Source of the DNA: Marispirochaeta sp.
GTDB taxonomy: Bacteria > Spirochaetota > Spirochaetia > JC444 > Marispirochaetaceae
Direction of reading: 5' to 3'
Length of the DNA stretch: 64,000 nt
NCBI GenBank assembly: GCA_963676835.2
Contig: CAXXFF010000004.1
Coordinates: 256,001 to 320,000, forward strand
Each line of letters starts with the position of its first letter. The stretch's first letter is position 1. Positions 59,736-64,000 of this stretch are shown here, one piece after another. Position numbers and translations under genes: made by a program. Below the pieces are notes generated by a model that saw only the letters and a program-made list of their open reading frames with translations, was not told the origin of the DNA and did not search any database.

Positions 59736-60933
59736 GTACAAGAAGCCCCTGTTCCTTCAAAGATGCGGCAAAATGCTCCAGATCCTTTCGAATCTCTTCC
59801 GGATCGGCATCGTAGAGGCCCGCGAGCTCTTCCGCGGCCTTTACGGTACTCTCTGCCCGAAGCAGTATATCCCACATATCCGCCGCTGTGTCTTCCAGAA
59901 GGAAACAATCTCTTCCCTGCTCTTCTCCGTTTTCGGTAAAGTCAGCCACAACAATGCGGTTTTCACCGATCCTGGCGGCCACAACTTCAGGGGCGGCAGT
60001 CCAGCCGGAAGGGCTGTCCTCATGCAGCTGAACAGTCCCCCGGTCTTCTCCTTCAAAACGGTTTCTAAAACAGCGCTGCGGAGGATAGAGGCGAAAGGCA
60101 AGTTCAATTTCGTCGGTAACGGAATTAATAAAGACACTTTCCGGTTCGCTCCAGGAGAAAACTATTGTTTTTGGATGACCTGTCCAGAGAACCTTTTCAC
60201 CTGATTTACTCTCCCATCCCGATTTCCACTGGGCATAGGTTTCTCCGTACATCTCCGGAGCCTGGTCCTGGTACTCCATGGCCGCCGTAATGGGAAAAGA
60301 CTGATGAACTCCACCTTTACCGTTACAAAGAGATTCCGGTGCAGCCAGAACCGCAACATGAACCTCCCGGTGGGGCTCCTGCTTCTGTATGGATTCGACT
60401 GTCTGGCGGATTCTGAAGCCCGAGAAAACCGCATCGTCCACAAGCAGAATTGGACGCTTTACCGCTTCCCCTCCCCTGCTCCCGGTTTCGGTCAATTTCC
60501 CCAGGGCATAGAGCAGCAGGCCGCAGACGATATATCCACCCCGGGGAACAGGTCTAATCTCAAACTGAGCCAGCCTCTCACGGCCGTATGTCCGGATAAG
60601 TTTCTCCGCAAGATCTTCCGCAAAATTTTCCGCCTCAGGGTAGCTGATATAGAGTGAATCTTTCAAAGTCTGGGGAATCTGGGTCGCCAGGCGGGCAATC
60701 AGTTCAACCCGCTCAGGAGATAAATCACCAAAAAGATAGATTCCTTCCTGCTCTTTTTTTTCTACATCATGGTGCAAACGAAGCACCATATATGCATCAC
60801 TCAGCCGGGAGTCCCGGTTCAGAGTATCTCCAAGTATCCGGAGAGCAGCGGCAGCATCTGAAGCGCCGGTCAGTTTTAAAAGGGATGAAGAATCTGTAGT
60901 TGTCGAGAATAGTTTAACTGCTTTAAATGACAT
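59728..60933 (-). CDS. Phosphoribosyltransferase-like domain fused to C-terminal PqqD/RRE
   Basis: PVPRGG loop and ILLVDDAVFSG PRPP-binding motif; C-terminus FLLEDTAADMW...YDADPEEIRKDL..F..SLKEQGLL resembles PqqD; start codon uncertain. Confidence 0.7.
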   Translation of the reverse strand: MSFKAVKLFSTTTDSSSLLKLTGASDAAAALRILGDTLNRDSRLSDAYMVLRLHHDVEKKEQEGIYLFGDLSPERVELIARLATQIPQTLKDSLYISYPEAENFAEDLAEKLIRTYGRERLAQFEIRPVPRGGYIVCGLLLYALGKLTETGSRGGEAVKRPILLVDDAVFSGFRIRQTVESIQKQEPHREVHVAVLAAPESLCNGKGGVHQSFPITAAMEYQDQAPEMYGETYAQWKSGWESKSGEKVLWTGHPKTIVFSWSEPESVFINSVTDEIELAFRLYPPQRCFRNRFEGEDRGTVQLHEDSPSGWTAAPEVVAARIGENRIVVADFTENGEEQGRDCFLLEDTAADMWDILLRAESTVKAAEELAGLYDADPEEIRKDLEHFAASLKEQGLLVHE

Positions 60934-60966
60934 AAAAAACCGGGCACCATGTTACCACGGGCCCGG
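60934..60966 (-). terminator. Rho-independent terminator/attenuator after precursor A1
   Basis: Minus strand CCGGGCCCGTGG-taa-CATGGTGCCCGG followed by T6. Confidence 0.7.
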
Positions 60967-61012
60967 GACCTCTATTCGTTAAGATTAATAGAAAAATAGT
61001 ATATCAGAGATA

Positions 61013-61198
61013 CTAAATAATACTGCTGGTTGTTTTAATTGGCGATCCGCCTTCTGAAACCGTACCGGCGCCGCTTCCTTCACTGCTGCTTCCCTTTCCA
61101 CTGCCGAAAAGCGCCTCGATAATGCCTGACTGCGTAAGATCGGCTACACTACCCCACTCTTTAATCTGCGGTTTCTGGTATTGCTTTTTTGCCTGCAT
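61013..61198 (-). CDS. RiPP precursor A1 (61 aa, lasso-type leader)
   Basis: MQAKKQYQKPQIKEWGSVADLTQ|SGIIEALFGSGKGSSSEGSGAGTVSEGGSPIKTTSSII; GGGAG RBS. Confidence 0.8.
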   Translation of the reverse strand: MQAKKQYQKPQIKEWGSVADLTQSGIIEALFGSGKGSSSEGSGAGTVSEGGSPIKTTSSII

Positions 61199-61231
61199 AT
61201 TATTCTCCCTGAGATATATTCTCAATAAATA

Positions 61232-61260
61232 AGTGTATACCCCAATTTTACAGCGGTCAA
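61232..61260 (-). promoter_or_regulatory. Sigma-70 promoter for precursor A1
   Basis: TTGACC-17 bp-TACACT. Confidence 0.6.
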
Positions 61261-61306
61261 TGTTAAGATGAGAAAATAACCGGTATTTTTCAACTAAAGA
61301 AGGAGT

Positions 61307-61335
61307 TCCGTCTGTCTACCTGGTAAACAGACGGA
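61307..61335 (-). terminator. Stem-loop immediately after precursor A2
   Basis: TCCGTCTGT...ACAGACGGA perfect 9-bp stem. Confidence 0.55.
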
Positions 61336-61345
61336 TAGCAGTAAA

Positions 61346-61489
61346 TTAATACTCGCCCCGGGGACCGACGATCTCGATCACATTCAATGACCCGTTACCG
61401 CCGACTCTTTCTGTCAGCTTGGTAACTGTTCCCCACTGCTTTACTTCAGGCTTGGTGTAGGTTCGTTTTTCCTGTTTTTCGTTCTGCAT
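61346..61489 (-). CDS. RiPP precursor A2 (47 aa, not in ORF track)
   Basis: Manual translation MQNEKQEKRTYTKPEVKQWGTVTKLTE|RVGGNGSLNVIEIVGPRGEY*; AGGAG RBS; leader matches A1. Confidence 0.82.
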   Translation of the reverse strand: MQNEKQEKRTYTKPEVKQWGTVTKLTERVGGNGSLNVIEIVGPRGEY

Positions 61490-61521
61490 CTTTTTCTCCT
61501 TGAAAAGTTTTTAATGGGTAA

Positions 61522-61550
61522 AGTCTGCACGGTGTCAGCATAATTGTCAA
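61522..61550 (-). promoter_or_regulatory. Sigma-70 promoter for precursor A2
   Basis: TTGACA-17 bp-CAGACT. Confidence 0.5.
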
Positions 61551-61698
61551 GGTTTTCTTTGGCGTCCTGTGATGGATTCCCGGGGTTTGAATATTTCTGG
61601 TTCCGTACCCAATGTTACGGTTTCTTTTTCCCCACTATATTACTATTATTCTCAGAATAGACAAAAATCCAGAGAGAAAGCATACAGGACGGAGAAGC

Positions 61699-62952
61699 AT
61701 GAGTTTTATCAGCCTTGACGATACCATATTCACTATTACCGAAAAATATCCCGAAACGGTGGATATTTTTGTCAGCCGGGGGTTTCCCGGCATGTCCGAC
61801 TACAACCAGCGGGCCGGCTACGGCAGGCTGCTGAGCCTCAGAAATGCCCTGAAAACCAAGGGACTGAATGAGGAGCTTTTTACCGGGCTTCTCAACGAAG
61901 CAGTGGAGAACCAGAGGGGAGCTGCGGATATAACCCTGGCCAAAATTAAACACACAAGCAGTTCTAAAGCGGTAAAGATTGCGGGGCTTCTCCCCTGCCC
62001 GGTGCGTATTCCCCTTATGGAGGAGTTCAGCCGCTTCAGCCCTGAATACGAAAAAGCCTCGGGCTTGAGTCTGAGTGCAGAGCTGAAAGCCGCCAGCAGC
62101 GGAACGGAATGGGTAAAGGAGCACCTGGATGGGGAAACATCGGAAGAGACTCTGCCGGATATCTTCATCTCCGCCGGCTTCGACCTCTTTTTTGACCGTA
62201 AAAGAATCGGCAGATTGCGGGAGCAGGGAGCCTTCAAAGACCTGCTTAAGTGGGATAAAGAAAACAGCAGCTTTGAAGGCCTGGATATCCGGGACCCCGA
62301 CGGAGTCTACTCAATTCTGGCCCTGGTGCCTGCGGTGTTTCTTGTTAACACCGGCGAACTCGGGAACAGGCCAATTCCAAAAACCTGGAAGGAGCTTCTG
62401 ACAGAAGATTTTTACGACTCCGTATCCCTGCCTGTGGGAGACTTCGATCTCTTCAATGCCATGCTTCTCTCCCTACGACAGAAGTACGGCGATGATGCCA
62501 TCCGCATGCTGGGCAGGGTTATGCAGCAGGCAATGCATCCTTCCCAGATGGTAAAGAGTGACAAAAAACAGGGAAAACGACCGGCGGTAACCATTATGCC
62601 CTACTTTTTCACCAAAACAGTCCGGGACGGGGGAGCCATGCAGGCTGTATGGCCCGAGGACGGTGCGGTAATAAGCCCTATTTTTATGCTTGCCAAGGCA
62701 GCCCGTCAGGAGGAACTGCAGCCTGCGGCGGACTTCTTCGGCTCCAGTAATATCGGGGAAATACTTGCCCGGCAGGGGCTGTTTCCCTCCCTGCATCCGG
62801 ATGTAGACAATATCCTTCCCGAGAAGAGTCCCGTTATGTGGCTGGGCTGGGATTACATAAAAAACCATGACCTCAGTGAGGAGATTACAAAAGCAGAAGC
62901 TCTCTTTAACAGCTTTACAAAAGTATCAGAAAAAGAGGAGTCGGTACGATGA
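61699..62952 (+). CDS. ABC substrate-binding-fold protein with N-terminal DUF1858-like domain
   Basis: ITEKYPETVDIF..GF N-terminus; LPCPVR, PDIFISAGFD, WPEDGA; no signal peptide. Confidence 0.75.
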   Translation: MSFISLDDTIFTITEKYPETVDIFVSRGFPGMSDYNQRAGYGRLLSLRNALKTKGLNEELFTGLLNEAVENQRGAADITLAKIKHTSSSKAVKIAGLLPCPVRIPLMEEFSRFSPEYEKASGLSLSAELKAASSGTEWVKEHLDGETSEETLPDIFISAGFDLFFDRKRIGRLREQGAFKDLLKWDKENSSFEGLDIRDPDGVYSILALVPAVFLVNTGELGNRPIPKTWKELLTEDFYDSVSLPVGDFDLFNAMLLSLRQKYGDDAIRMLGRVMQQAMHPSQMVKSDKKQGKRPAVTIMPYFFTKTVRDGGAMQAVWPEDGAVISPIFMLAKAARQEELQPAADFFGSSNIGEILARQGLFPSLHPDVDNILPEKSPVMWLGWDYIKNHDLSEEITKAEALFNSFTKVSEKEESVR

Positions 62953-63650
62953 ATCTGGTAACAGTTTCCGGCCCGCCCTCTTCCGGAAAAACCGCGGTTA
63001 TTCTGAAAACAGCCGAGGCCCTGAGGCAGCAGGGAGTTCAGGTAGGGGTAGCCAAGTTTGACTGCCTCAGTACCGAAGACGATCAGCTCTATATAAAGGC
63101 GGGTATACCGGTACAGAAAGGACTCTCAGGGGCCCTCTGCCCGGACCACTACTTTGTCAGCAATATAGAGGAGGTTACCCAATGGGGGATAAAAGAGGGG
63201 CTGGATCTGCTCATCAGTGAGTCCGCCGGACTCTGCAACCGCTGTTCCCCTTATATAAAAGAGATCGGTGCGGTCTGCGTAATAGACAACCTGAGCGGAA
63301 TCAACACCCCGAAGAAGATCGGTCCCATGCTGAAAAGCGCGGATATTGTGGTCATAACCAAGGGAGACATTGTCTCCCAGGCGGAGCGGGAGGTCTTTGC
63401 CAGCAGGGTAGGCACGGTTAATCCCAGGGCCATGGTTATCCACGTTAACGGCCTTACCGGCCAGGGCGCCTTCGAACTGAGCACCCTTGTCTACGACAAG
63501 GAGAGCCGGGTAGAAACGGTAAAAGGCAGAGAGCTCCGCTTTCCCATGCCCTCAGCCCTCTGCTCCTACTGTCTGGGAGAAACCCGCATAGGCGAAGAGT
63601 TTCAGATGGGGAATGTCCGCAAGATTAAACTGGAGAAGAAGGATGACTGA
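62949..63650 (+). CDS. HypB/UreG/CobW-like (G3E) GTP-binding protein
   Basis: GPPSSGKT, CPDH, ESAGLCNRC, TKGD, CSYC. Confidence 0.82.
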   Translation: MNLVTVSGPPSSGKTAVILKTAEALRQQGVQVGVAKFDCLSTEDDQLYIKAGIPVQKGLSGALCPDHYFVSNIEEVTQWGIKEGLDLLISESAGLCNRCSPYIKEIGAVCVIDNLSGINTPKKIGPMLKSADIVVITKGDIVSQAEREVFASRVGTVNPRAMVIHVNGLTGQGAFELSTLVYDKESRVETVKGRELRFPMPSALCSYCLGETRIGEEFQMGNVRKIKLEKKDD

Positions 63651-64000
63651 GATAGGCAGCCTTATAGAGAATACTCCTTTAAGCAACCTGGTGGAGAAGT
63701 ACCCATTTCTAACGGACTATCTTGAATCTCTGGGTATTCCAGTCGTAACAGATACCTCTCTTCCCCTGGTAAAACACCTGAACAGCCTGGGGGATGAATT
63801 TCTTGAAGACAAAGCCATTGATGTTGAAGAGACTCTCAACGGCACAGTCAGTTATATCGAACAGATGCTTGAGTTTCTCGGAATGAGCAATCACCGGCTG
63901 GCAGAGGAGATAACAATTCTGCCGGGCAAAAATAAATCCGGAGAACCTGAAGGCTTTGAAAGCCTGACTATCCGCCGGGGAGAGATAATCTCCATAGTAG
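63643..64000 (+). CDS. ABC-type ATPase, 5' part (runs off window)
   Basis: Open frame MTEIGSL...GKNKSGEPE..L.IRRGEIISIV, the pattern that precedes a Walker A; overlaps GTPase stop. Confidence 0.65.
   Translation, partial: MTEIGSLIENTPLSNLVEKYPFLTDYLESLGIPVVTDTSLPLVKHLNSLGDEFLEDKAIDVEETLNGTVSYIEQMLEFLGMSNHRLAEEITILPGKNKSGEPEGFESLTIRRGEIISIV

Noticed and set aside
54827..61489. Canonical lasso peptide or PQQ biosynthesis cluster
   Set aside because: No cyclase C, cores lack Asp/Glu at 7-9, and there is no pqqBCE or radical SAM gene.

Overview
Bacterial chromosomal window of about 64 kb from an anaerobe; gene content and style suggest a free-living spirochaete, which is inference only. It is mostly carbohydrate/organic-acid catabolism: a tripartite tricarboxylate transporter, DapA-family lyase, PdxA2/four-carbon acid sugar kinase, GarR, SDRs, a TRAP transporter with two UroD/MtaA-family proteins, uxuA/uxuB and a LarA-family protein. 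It also holds an [FeFe]-hydrogenase maturation operon (TM1266-like, hydG, hydE, AspA-like, hydF), a cstA/ArsA-like module, a Phd-PIN toxin-antitoxin pair, a hybrid sensor kinase, and an Mrp/Mbh-type antiporter operon led by PII-like and EIIA genes. The most striking feature is a RiPP-like cluster at about 54.8-61.5 kb. It has two precursor genes with lasso-type leaders; one (47 aa) is missing from the ORF track. It also has B1/B2 leader-processing proteins, an HprK-like kinase, a nucleotidyltransferase, an ABC exporter and an unusual phosphoribosyltransferase-RRE fusion. No lasso cyclase is present and neither core fits the lasso ring rules. Second is a 1.2-kb DUF559 nuclease island wrapped in REP/BoxC-like palindromes, with a 284-bp tandem duplication and 13-bp flanking direct repeats. 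Third, two sigma-54 promoters share a tandem enhancer motif and appear to drive leaderless mRNAs. No rRNA, tRNA or CRISPR array was recognised. All calls are by eye from motifs; no database searches were run.
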